NCBI GenBank assembly: GCA_028279745.1
Contig: JANQNC010000001.1
Span: 1,260,001-1,292,000 of the forward strand
Source: Candidatus Nanoarchaeia archaeon
GTDB lineage: Archaea; Nanobdellota; Nanobdellia; Woesearchaeales; JANQNC01
Direction: 5' to 3'
DNA: 32,000 nt
The translations under genes were made by a program, and so were the position numbers. The first letter of the stretch is position 1, and each line of letters opens with the position of its first letter. Shown here one piece after another: positions 8,252 through 16,377 of this stretch. The notes below the pieces were generated by a model. That model saw only the letters and a program-made list of their open reading frames with translations. It did no database searches and was not told the origin of the DNA.

Positions 8252-9439
8252 CTATGGGAAATGCCCGCTTTTTTTTCTTTTTTGGGGTATGATGTCCCAT
8301 TTTGTAATCAGATAAGAGAATAGTATGGGCGCTATGATCAAGAAGATAGATGTGGAGCCTATCAAGATGGAATATAGGTCAGATTGGATCAGGCCTTTCT
8401 CAAACAATAACTTCAGTATGACGATGCTGGTGCTGAACTTAACGCTTAACCCCAGCCCCATGATTATCGATTTTTTTGAACCAAAGACTTTCTTGCCCAT
8501 AAAGTAGCTGCTCAGTACTTTTGTGCCATTTGTCAAAATCAGCGCAGCAATAACTAACAGTGGAAACTGTATTATGTAGCTTATGTCTATATCCAAGCCA
8601 ACCCACAAAAAGAACAAGGGTGCAAAAAAACCATATGCAAGGGTCTTTATTTCAGAGTCTATGAAGCCGAGTATTTTCTTAGGGATCATGTTTTTCAGAG
8701 CGATTCCTGCAAGAAATGCACCTAATGCAGCAGACTCAACCAGCTGTCCGATCCCGACAAACAGGAAGATAAAAAATATTACAAAGATAAAAAAAGAAGG
8801 AACATCTTTATACTTGAAAGAGGTCAGATATTCCCTCAGTGTTACGATTATATAAACAAGAGCAAACAATGATGCTAGAACAAGTAAGTTTATCAGGATG
8901 TCAAAGCTTGCGTGTCCTGCAGAACGTCCAAGCACCACAGATACTACTACAACGGTGATGACCTCAATAAAGTCATCTATCATACCTATGCTCAAGATAG
9001 ACTGACCTAACTTAGTCCTTACAAGCTTGAACTCATCAAGGATGGGAAGCAGCACGGCTTCACCAACAGTGGCAAAAGAGGTGGCTATCAGAATGGAGAC
9101 GAGCCAAGGGATACCAAACACATAATGCACAAACAATGTTCCAAGTAAAGTTTCAGCAGCGATGATAACAAACGTAGTCTTAAATATGAACTTACTGCTC
9201 TTGAACACCTTTTTAATATTCAATTCAAATCCTATTATGAAAAGCAAGAAAAACATTCCCAACTCAGCAAAGAACTTAAACGAGCTTGAAGAAGTTGCAT
9301 GGACAAATGGGTTTATTATCGATAGGCCCAGTCCAATCAACAGTGAAGAAAAAACCCATGGCACCCTGAACTTTTCCAACAGCCTTCCAATACAGATAGT
9401 TGAAAGGAAGAAAACCGCTAAAAAAATTATTAAGTTCAT
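8252..9439 (-). CDS. cation:proton antiporter (CPA2 / Na+-H+ exchanger family)
   Basis: 395 aa, polytopic with about 11-12 hydrophobic segments. It has an IGMIDDF (DD) motif as in NapA/Kef-type CPA2 exchangers. AGGAG lies 9 nt upstream of the ATG. Confidence 0.85.
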   Translation of the reverse strand: MNLIIFLAVFFLSTICIGRLLEKFRVPWVFSSLLIGLGLSIINPFVHATSSSSFKFFAELGMFFLLFIIGFELNIKKVFKSSKFIFKTTFVIIAAETLLGTLFVHYVFGIPWLVSILIATSFATVGEAVLLPILDEFKLVRTKLGQSILSIGMIDDFIEVITVVVVSVVLGRSAGHASFDILINLLVLASLFALVYIIVTLREYLTSFKYKDVPSFFIFVIFFIFLFVGIGQLVESAALGAFLAGIALKNMIPKKILGFIDSEIKTLAYGFFAPLFFLWVGLDIDISYIIQFPLLVIAALILTNGTKVLSSYFMGKKVFGSKKSIIMGLGLSVKFSTSIVILKLLFEKGLIQSDLYSILIGSTSIFLIIAPILFSYLITKWDIIPQKRKKSGHFP

Positions 9440-9450
9440 CTATATTCTCC

Positions 9451-10167
9451 TTATTTTGTAAACACTGTCTCTTCAGGATAAACCTTTACACCTTTATCAG
9501 ACAGCTGATAGTATCTTATCTCTTTGTCATGATCCGAACCCCTCATCTTCCTGATTGTTATACCTGAAATAAATTTTCCCTCTTGTCTTACTATGTAAAG
9601 CACGATTACACCATCTACTACGAATTCTTCAATACCGTATCTGCTCAGGTCCATAGATCCCTCTTTAGTCTCTGAGATCAGCAGGGAAGTACACTTTAAA
9701 GTTGATAGGGTGTTGGCGATCATGGCCAAGGCGTTTCTTCTTTCAGCCTTGTCATCAGAAAGTACAGTCAGTAGGTTGATTGAGTCAACAACAACTCTCT
9801 TGATCCCTTTTTCTTTGATAACCTCTTCAATCTCCTCGGCGATATTATCAACTGTTGCATCAACCTTTTTCATGTACCCGTTTAGTTTAGTTACTGGTCC
9901 ACCTATGACTGTAAACATATCTGTCTTTTCCAGTTCTTCCAAATCCATGTCTAGATTTTTCATGTCTAAATATAGCTTTTTAGCAGGCTCTTCAAGAGTG
10001 ATATAAAGTCCAGGCTCCTTAAACTTAACTGCGCCGTTGTATAAAAACTGCATTGCAAGCGTACTTTTTCCAGAGCCGCAAGGTCCCGAGAGCAAGATAT
10101 TCCTTTCACCAATCAGACCGCCCTTAAGCATGTGGTCCAAGCCTTCAATTCCAGTGGGTATTTTCAT
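9451..10167 (-). CDS. KaiC-like / RecA-superfamily ATPase (single domain, 238 aa)
   Basis: IPTGIEGLDHMLKGGL, Walker A GPCGSGKST, EPGLYITLEE, and Walker B RVVVDSI. I chose the ATG at 10167 because GGTGAT lies 5 nt upstream; the track start at 10176 is a GTG. Confidence 0.85.
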   Translation of the reverse strand: MKIPTGIEGLDHMLKGGLIGERNILLSGPCGSGKSTLAMQFLYNGAVKFKEPGLYITLEEPAKKLYLDMKNLDMDLEELEKTDMFTVIGGPVTKLNGYMKKVDATVDNIAEEIEEVIKEKGIKRVVVDSINLLTVLSDDKAERRNALAMIANTLSTLKCTSLLISETKEGSMDLSRYGIEEFVVDGVIVLYIVRQEGKFISGITIRKMRGSDHDKEIRYYQLSDKGVKVYPEETVFTK

Positions 10168-10198
10168 TTTTATCACCTATCCCTTAGTCCTTATAATT

Positions 10199-10801
10199 TT
10201 AAGTGCTGGCCGCGCCACCTCTAAGGACATAACGTTTTTTCTTCCCAATAATAGGGGCAATATGTTTGATAAGATAAAATAGACAGACCCCAAAGATCAG
10301 TCCTGAAAAATGGATGAGCGCTTGGCCAAAATAGATTATGAACATATCATTAATCCCTTGATGTGCAAAAGTAAGAAAGCTTTTCATAAAGATAAGCACA
10401 GTGAGACCTGCTATAACAAGCGCACCGTTAATATTGACTTTCCTCGCTTCCATGCTTACTAAGCCAAATCCGCCAAGCACAGCATTTGACGCACCAAGTA
10501 TCGAGAACGGGAACAGCAACCATAGTGGGATTGCAGACAGTAACCCAGAAGCAAGGTATGTTGAAGAGAAACTATTGAGATTGCTGTTCAGCTCTATAGC
10601 TATGAAAGACAGTACGCCAAGACCCACGATATTTTCAACAAGGTGTCCTAAACTCAGGTGAGCAAATTGGTATGTTATGAACCTCCAGTACTCGTGGAGC
10701 ATGAAGGGATCTAAAGAAAATCTTTTAGCACTCTCGGGAAGATGAAAGAATACAAAATAAACCGCAATAAGAACACCCGAAAACAAAATCAGCTTTTTCA
10801 T
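10199..10801 (-). CDS. rhomboid family intramembrane serine protease
   Basis: WRFITYQFAHLSLGHLVEN matches WR..T..F.H....HL..N. LGASNAVLGGFG carries the catalytic Ser. ALIHFSGLIFG carries the catalytic His. About 6 TM segments. Confidence 0.85.
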   Translation of the reverse strand: MKKLILFSGVLIAVYFVFFHLPESAKRFSLDPFMLHEYWRFITYQFAHLSLGHLVENIVGLGVLSFIAIELNSNLNSFSSTYLASGLLSAIPLWLLFPFSILGASNAVLGGFGLVSMEARKVNINGALVIAGLTVLIFMKSFLTFAHQGINDMFIIYFGQALIHFSGLIFGVCLFYLIKHIAPIIGKKKRYVLRGGAAST

Positions 10802-10815
10802 TTTTTCTCATTTTT

Positions 10816-10932
10816 TTATCTGTTTCTTAAGACAAACCGTTTCATATTATTTTTTGATCTTCTTATGATAGCTCCTAAAATAATCCCTGCTGCAATGATG
10901 CTGGTTCCTATGCTGAGCTCAAAAAAATCCAT
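10816..10932 (-). CDS. possible 38-aa single-TM peptide
   Basis: Hand-translated as MDFFELSIGTSIIAAGIILGAIIRRSKNNMKRFVLRNR, directly upstream of the rhomboid gene. There is no supporting homology, so it could be spurious. Confidence 0.25.
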   Translation of the reverse strand: MDFFELSIGTSIIAAGIILGAIIRRSKNNMKRFVLRNR

Positions 10933-11219
10933 GTTATCAGTTTCTTTTTTTAGTTATAAATAATTTTTTTATTAACGCTGAGAGGAGAACAGGCAGCTTA
11001 TCCCAGAAGAATTCAAAAAATGATTTAAACTGGATTTTTTTTTATTGTAGTATGGCAGATAAGACATTCTCATCGCTGAAACAGAAAAGGTAAGAACATC
11101 AGACTGTAAAGGGGTTCCATTGACAAATAGTATGTCTCTGACGACAAAATTACTGGCGAAAATACAAGCTGGAAAACAGCGACTATAATGATTCTAATTC
11201 GTTTAGCAGATCATGACGT

Positions 11220-12443
11220 TTATCTAAACACTTTTTTTATCTTTTCTTCTTTTTTGATCGATTTAGATATTGAGTTAGGTATGATCTTTATTATCCTTGG
11301 ATTTTTCTTTACTAATTCCTTGATGTTCTTCTTTACAAGGATGGAAGCTATACCTCCTGATTTTCCCCTAAAAGTTTTCAGAAGGGAGTTCAACAGATCG
11401 TTCCTGTCCTTCAAGCCAACACGCATGTTTTCAAAAGAGTTTGCCAGTTCTCCAACTTCATCTTTTGAATCTATCTTACACGTAGTATTAAGTTTACCTT
11501 TACTTATCTTTTTTGTAACTTCAGTCAGTTTTTGCAGCGGCTTAGATACTGAGTTAGCGATATAAGCACCCAACACAGTAGATGCTAAGAAAGACACTAT
11601 TATAACTCCTAATAAGGTATAATAAGTAGTCCTTGATAATGATTCATTTTCATACTTGATGCTGGAAGTCATTTTTTCTTCGTCAAGTTCCAGCTTTTTA
11701 ATTATCTCTGTAAGATGTTCTATCTTTTCTCGTTCATCGACTTCAATCCTTTTCTGTTCTATCACGATCTTTCCTATTTCGGGAGCTAGCTCACCGTATG
11801 AGTTAAGGACGATTAGAAAAGATTCTTTCTCTAATCTTGAAATGTTAGCTTGTCTTAAGTCCTCTTTAACGATTTCAATGCTGTTTACCCATTTGTCTAG
11901 GTGAGTCTTATCTTGGTACTGGAATAAAGTCTCTTTACTGTAATACTCCATAAGCGCGATGTCCCCTCTTAGTTTAATATCGTCGATTAGCTCCAAAGAG
12001 TTACGTATAGAATGTCTTGATTCTTTCTCAAATACGTATTTTTCTGCAAACTCTTCTTGTTGGGTAAGCTTTTTCTTTTGGACATTGATTATATCATCAG
12101 AAACTTCTGAAAATTCAGCGATGTCCTCCTCAAAAGTGTCTGAGAGAGAATTTATCAGCTCTTTATTCTTTTTGTACAGAGAATCAAACTCAATCCTTAT
12201 TTGCTCTATCTCTGATCTCATCCTGTAATACTCGTCCAGGTCGTGGGTTTCTATCAGTTGCAAGACTTGTACCAGAGAGTCATCTAGTAGTTTTTCAATC
12301 TCAATGATCTCAATTACAACCTGATCATTTTTTTGGATGGTGTTTGATGTTGTAAACCCAAAGATACCTACAAATATCAAAAGAAAGGTGATCAAAAGAA
12401 AGCTGATAATAAGTTTTATTCCTATCCTCATTTTATTGCACAT
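11220..12443 (-). CDS. membrane sensor-like protein: TM, about 250-aa helical extracytoplasmic region, TM, HAMP domain, no recognisable output domain
   Basis: TM1 is IKLIISFLLITFLLIFVGIFGF and TM2 is YYTLLGVIIVSFLASTVLGAYI. The HAMP signature is SKPLQKLTEVTKKISKGKL...SKDEVGELANSFENM. Only about 60 basic residues follow it. An alternative start is at 12431. Confidence 0.75.
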   Translation of the reverse strand: MCNKMRIGIKLIISFLLITFLLIFVGIFGFTTSNTIQKNDQVVIEIIEIEKLLDDSLVQVLQLIETHDLDEYYRMRSEIEQIRIEFDSLYKKNKELINSLSDTFEEDIAEFSEVSDDIINVQKKKLTQQEEFAEKYVFEKESRHSIRNSLELIDDIKLRGDIALMEYYSKETLFQYQDKTHLDKWVNSIEIVKEDLRQANISRLEKESFLIVLNSYGELAPEIGKIVIEQKRIEVDEREKIEHLTEIIKKLELDEEKMTSSIKYENESLSRTTYYTLLGVIIVSFLASTVLGAYIANSVSKPLQKLTEVTKKISKGKLNTTCKIDSKDEVGELANSFENMRVGLKDRNDLLNSLLKTFRGKSGGIASILVKKNIKELVKKNPRIIKIIPNSISKSIKKEEKIKKVFR

Positions 12444-12631
12444 TAGAAGTTTTAGTTTATTTTTTTATATTCTTTTTTTATACTGTTGTATGAGATGTTA
12501 TCTTTATCTTTACGAAAAGGATAAACTTCGGGAAGGAGATTAAGATAAAACTACTAATCAGTATATATTAGATTAAACTATTTTTCTTTTTTTGTTCTTT
12601 TTATAAAAAAACTTTTATTTTAACTATATGA

Positions 12632-12640
12632 TTTATAAAA
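12632..12640 (+). promoter_or_regulatory. putative TATA box (TTTATAAAA) for the first flavoenzyme gene; implies a leaderless transcript
   Basis: Centred about 27 nt upstream of the ATG at 12663, inside a 219-bp AT-rich divergent intergenic region. Confidence 0.35.
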
Positions 12641-12662
12641 GGATAAATCAGAACTATAACTG

Positions 12663-13865
12663 ATGCAGAAAAAATATGATGTAGTGATTGTAGGAGCAGG
12701 TCTTGCAGGGTTGAGTGTTGCACAAGAGCTGCAAAACAGGAATGTGTCCTTTATCGTTGTTGAAGGCAGTAAAAAATTTGGTCATAGGCATCATATCGGA
12801 ATTTTTAACAGTCAGGTGAAGAAGTTCAATCTTGAAAGCTGTGTAGTCAACAGGTTGAGGAGATTTACCTTTTTAACACCTGCCAAGTCATTTGTACATC
12901 TATTCGGAAGAAAAGAAGGGATATCATATGTTGACCTTAATAAGTTGAGTTCTATCATTGATAAACGGATCAAGGGAAAAATAAGATTCAATACCTGGAT
13001 AAAGGATATATGTTATGTGGGTGGTGAGCTATGTCTGGTGGATGAAAATAAAAATAACATTTTTGCAAAGATGGTGATAGACTGCAGCGGAAAAGGTTCT
13101 TCCATCTCTTCAAAGATGGGGGTAGAGGGAAGCGATATTTATTGTAAGACCCTATCGTATACGTTAGATAATTGCAGTGCAAAAGATAAATCTAATTCGA
13201 TCACTTTTCTTGATTCATCTCTCACTAGTTCGGGCGGAGCTTGGATCGTCCCATTAAAAGGAACCAAGTTCCATGTAGGGATAAGCAACATGTTCCCATA
13301 TAATAAACCTGGGCGGGAAGAGCTTGAAAAGAAGCTAAACCTGTTTTTGATAAAAAAAGAGATACATGGTGTAGATTTTAGAAGGTCAAGAAGGATAACT
13401 AAAAAGATCTTTAAGGACTCTCCAGCTATAAGGCCCGCAAAAAGATTTGTAAAAGATAATCTTATATTACTGGGAGATTCTGCAGGGCAGCCTTCCTCCT
13501 TTTTTGGTATGGGGAGTCCCGCGATATTAGATATGGCGCGTGTGGCTGCAGGTATTGTGGAAGAAGCTGTTAAAAAGGATGATTTCTCAAGATCGCAGCT
13601 TTCAAGTTATGAAACGTACTGGAAAAAAAATTTTGGAAGATATGAGTTTTTTAATGGAGTCCTTAGAGAGATAGTTATGCGGCTGTTTGACGATGAAGCC
13701 TGGGACCTGATGATAGATAAGCTAAACTCTTTATCAGGCAAAGAATTCTTTGAAGTCCTTAAATCAAATTATACCCTGGGCATATTGTTTAAGCTGTCCT
13801 CTTTCCGATTGGCTATTAAGCTATTCTCAAATTTTATAGAGGTGGTCTATGACAGGAGAGTATGA
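12663..13865 (+). CDS. FAD-dependent oxidoreductase, geranylgeranyl reductase-like (paralog 1, divergent)
   Basis: N-terminal dinucleotide fold YDVVIVGAGLAGLSVA...VVE, the DCSG region, and LLGDSAGQ (GD motif). 400 aa. Confidence 0.75.
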   Translation: MQKKYDVVIVGAGLAGLSVAQELQNRNVSFIVVEGSKKFGHRHHIGIFNSQVKKFNLESCVVNRLRRFTFLTPAKSFVHLFGRKEGISYVDLNKLSSIIDKRIKGKIRFNTWIKDICYVGGELCLVDENKNNIFAKMVIDCSGKGSSISSKMGVEGSDIYCKTLSYTLDNCSAKDKSNSITFLDSSLTSSGGAWIVPLKGTKFHVGISNMFPYNKPGREELEKKLNLFLIKKEIHGVDFRRSRRITKKIFKDSPAIRPAKRFVKDNLILLGDSAGQPSSFFGMGSPAILDMARVAAGIVEEAVKKDDFSRSQLSSYETYWKKNFGRYEFFNGVLREIVMRLFDDEAWDLMIDKLNSLSGKEFFEVLKSNYTLGILFKLSSFRLAIKLFSNFIEVVYDRRV

Positions 13866-15066
13866 TATAGTCGTAGTGGGCGGAGGCCCTGCAGGGTTGA
13901 GCTCAGCTTTGGAGCTAGGCAACAAGAAAGGACTCAAAGTTTTGCTTATAGAGAAAAACAGGATAGGCGTATCTACAAAAACAACTTCTATCTGGAAAAA
14001 TCAGCTAAGAAAGTTTGATCTACAAAAGTGTGCATACAACAACACTGAAACTTTTAGCGTTGCTTCGTCTGTAGATAGTATGAGGTCAACACATAGGGGA
14101 GATATGAGCATGGTAGACCTATCTAAAGCCCTAAACAGCCTTAAGAAAAGGATAAAAAATTGCGAAATTAGGGAAAACACCGAGCTTAAAAACTTCAGCT
14201 ATGTAGACGGAGGATTATCGCTTGATACTAACAAAGGAGAGATAAAAACCAAGTTACTCATAGACGCTTCAGGTTACAAAGGAGTATCAACAAAAAAATT
14301 TGGTCTTCAGAAAAACATGTTTTTCTACCAGTGCTACGCTATGGAGTGTAAAGTCCCTGATTATGATACTGATTCAGTCCTGCTTTGGGACCTTTTCGAT
14401 AAAACAAAAAAAACCAGCTTCTGGATAGATGTCTTTTCGAAAAGAGATATTGTAGTTGGTGTGATGATGATAAGAAAGAGAAAGTGTTCTTATGAAAAAT
14501 TGGAAAAAGAATTAAGAAGATACATAAAAAAGAAAAAGATAGTTTGCAACCCCATAGGGAAAAGGTGGGGTATCCTGCCCATGTATAACTTTGAAAAGGC
14601 ATATTTTGAAAGGGTCTTGCTGGTTGGAGATGCTGCATCACAGGTGATACCTGGCAGCGGATACGGGTTTATGTCTGCTCTAAAAAATGGAAAGATAGCA
14701 GGCAAGGTTGCGTATAAAGCGATAAAAAAAGGTAACTGCAGCGAGGTATTTCTTAAATTGTATTCAAAACTGTGGAAGTCAGGAAAGATAAGAAAGTATG
14801 ACCTTAATGCACTTTTACTTTTCCTGGAAACCAAGATGACTCCTGCAGAGACCGCTGCCAACGTAAAGATAATGAACCATCTATGTGACAAGGATGCAAA
14901 AGATATACTTACAGATGTACATGATATCAAGCTTATGGCAAAGGAACTGTTCTGGGCGTTTAAGGAGATACCTATACTAAAAATATTCAAACGATTTACG
15001 CTTAGGGACTATCCTGTATTTTTTGGTTTGGTCTTAAAGATTGTCAAGGACATGGTCTGGTTTTAA
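13849..15066 (+). CDS. FAD-dependent oxidoreductase, geranylgeranyl reductase / lycopene cyclase-like (paralog 2)
   Basis: YDIVVVGGGPAGLSSA, LLIDASGY, and LVGDAASQVIPGSGYG (a GDAA..V.P..GY motif). It overlaps the upstream gene by 17 nt. Confidence 0.8.
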   Translation: MTGEYDIVVVGGGPAGLSSALELGNKKGLKVLLIEKNRIGVSTKTTSIWKNQLRKFDLQKCAYNNTETFSVASSVDSMRSTHRGDMSMVDLSKALNSLKKRIKNCEIRENTELKNFSYVDGGLSLDTNKGEIKTKLLIDASGYKGVSTKKFGLQKNMFFYQCYAMECKVPDYDTDSVLLWDLFDKTKKTSFWIDVFSKRDIVVGVMMIRKRKCSYEKLEKELRRYIKKKKIVCNPIGKRWGILPMYNFEKAYFERVLLVGDAASQVIPGSGYGFMSALKNGKIAGKVAYKAIKKGNCSEVFLKLYSKLWKSGKIRKYDLNALLLFLETKMTPAETAANVKIMNHLCDKDAKDILTDVHDIKLMAKELFWAFKEIPILKIFKRFTLRDYPVFFGLVLKIVKDMVWF

Positions 15067-15068
15067 AA

Positions 15069-16322
15069 ATGAAAGAATACGATGTTGTGATAGCAGGAGG
15101 GGGTCCCGCAGGATTGAGCGCTGCGATGGAGATCGATAAATGTGAAGATATACGTTCACTTATACTAGAGAAGGGCAAGATCAATGTTTCTAAGAAATCA
15201 ATATGTGTCTGGAAACATCAGCTTAAAGATTGGGATGTTGAGGACTGTATCGACAATGAGCCAAGACTAATCAGCATAGGTTCATCTGTCAGCAATGAAT
15301 TCTCGATCCACAAAGGAGTGATGGCCGTGTTGAATGTTAACAAGATGCTGGAGAAATTCAGTAAAAGAATCAAAAAGTGTGAAGTTAAGCAGAATACCCG
15401 TCTGAACAGCTTTTATTATGTGGGTGATGGGCTTATCTTAAAAACGACCAGAGGAAAGATAAAAACAAAATTATTGATTGATGCAGCAGGCTATAAAAGC
15501 CCAGCTGTAAAGAAGTTCGGCTTGCAAAAAGACAATTTTTTTTATCAGTGTTTTGTAGTCGATTGTAAAGTTTCTGAGTATGACAAGATGAACGTTCAAC
15601 TGCTCTGGGAAATAATAGATTGGAAAAAAAAGGAAAACTTTTGGATAGAGGCACATTCAAAAAATTCGATCTCTATCGGTGTAATGACTGTGAGGAAAAA
15701 GAGATGTTCCTACGGATACCTCAAATCAAGAATTTTTGAGTATATAAAAAAAAAGAAAATCAAATGCACCCCCTGTGATTATAAGTGGGGGGTCTTGCCT
15801 ATGTATAACTTTGAGAAGACATATTTTAACAGGGTCCTGTTAGCGGGAGATTCTGCTTCACAGGTTTTGCCTAGCAGCGGGTACGGCTGTGCGGCAGCAC
15901 TAAGAAACGGGAGACTTGCAGGAAAAACATGCATCCGAGCTTTGCGCGAGGGAGACTATAGTGAGAAGTACCTTAAGTTTTACTCAAAAGCATGGAAGCA
16001 CAGTGTAATATGTAAGTATGACTTGAATGCGATCTTTCTGCTTATCCAGAGCAGGATGACTGCATCCGAAACAGAAGCATACATAAAGTTAGTGCAACAA
16101 CTTGACAACAGATCATATAGAGAAGCGCTGACAGGTTCAGGAAGACCTTCGCTTTTATTAATCGAATTTTATCTTTTTTTAAAAGAATTCCCTATATTAA
16201 ATGTGATAAAGAGGCTAAAAGTTAAAGATTATCTAAAATTGTTTGCTTTGACCCTGCGCCTGGTAAAAGATTCTTTCTACGAAACTTATCATAACCTAAT
16301 GGGGACTAACTGGCTGAAGTGA
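15069..16322 (+). CDS. FAD-dependent oxidoreductase, geranylgeranyl reductase / lycopene cyclase-like (paralog 3)
   Basis: YDVVIAGGGPAGLSAA, LLIDAAGY, and LAGDSASQVLPSSGYG. By eye it is roughly half identical to paralog 2. It starts 2 nt after the upstream stop. Confidence 0.8.
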   Translation: MKEYDVVIAGGGPAGLSAAMEIDKCEDIRSLILEKGKINVSKKSICVWKHQLKDWDVEDCIDNEPRLISIGSSVSNEFSIHKGVMAVLNVNKMLEKFSKRIKKCEVKQNTRLNSFYYVGDGLILKTTRGKIKTKLLIDAAGYKSPAVKKFGLQKDNFFYQCFVVDCKVSEYDKMNVQLLWEIIDWKKKENFWIEAHSKNSISIGVMTVRKKRCSYGYLKSRIFEYIKKKKIKCTPCDYKWGVLPMYNFEKTYFNRVLLAGDSASQVLPSSGYGCAAALRNGRLAGKTCIRALREGDYSEKYLKFYSKAWKHSVICKYDLNAIFLLIQSRMTASETEAYIKLVQQLDNRSYREALTGSGRPSLLLIEFYLFLKEFPILNVIKRLKVKDYLKLFALTLRLVKDSFYETYHNLMGTNWLK

Positions 16323-16346
16323 TCTATTATAAACAACATAGCAAAG

Positions 16347-16353
16347 TATAAAA
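16347..16353 (+). promoter_or_regulatory. putative internal TATA box (TATAAAA) upstream of the 790-aa gene
   Basis: Centred about 28 nt upstream of the ATG at 16378, in the 55-bp gap after paralog 3. Confidence 0.3.
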
Positions 16354-16377
16354 CTGACTTATAAAATAAATACTCCT

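Noticed and set aside
8325-10282. Plus-strand ORFs opposite the antiporter and KaiC-like genes (for example 8583..8855, 9162..9461, 9710..10006).
   Set aside because: The minus strand encodes well-supported membrane-transporter and Walker-motif proteins, so the plus-strand ORFs are shadows.
10933-11219. About 290-bp ORF-free spacer examined for a small RNA or tRNA.
   Set aside because: I could draw no convincing stem-loops, tRNA features or conserved RNA motifs by eye. I kept it only as context for the HAMP-sensor finding.
14339-15660. Minus-strand ORFs (100, 166, 75 and 61 aa) inside flavoenzyme paralogs 2 and 3.
   Set aside because: These are shadow ORFs opposite genes with clear FAD-binding motifs.
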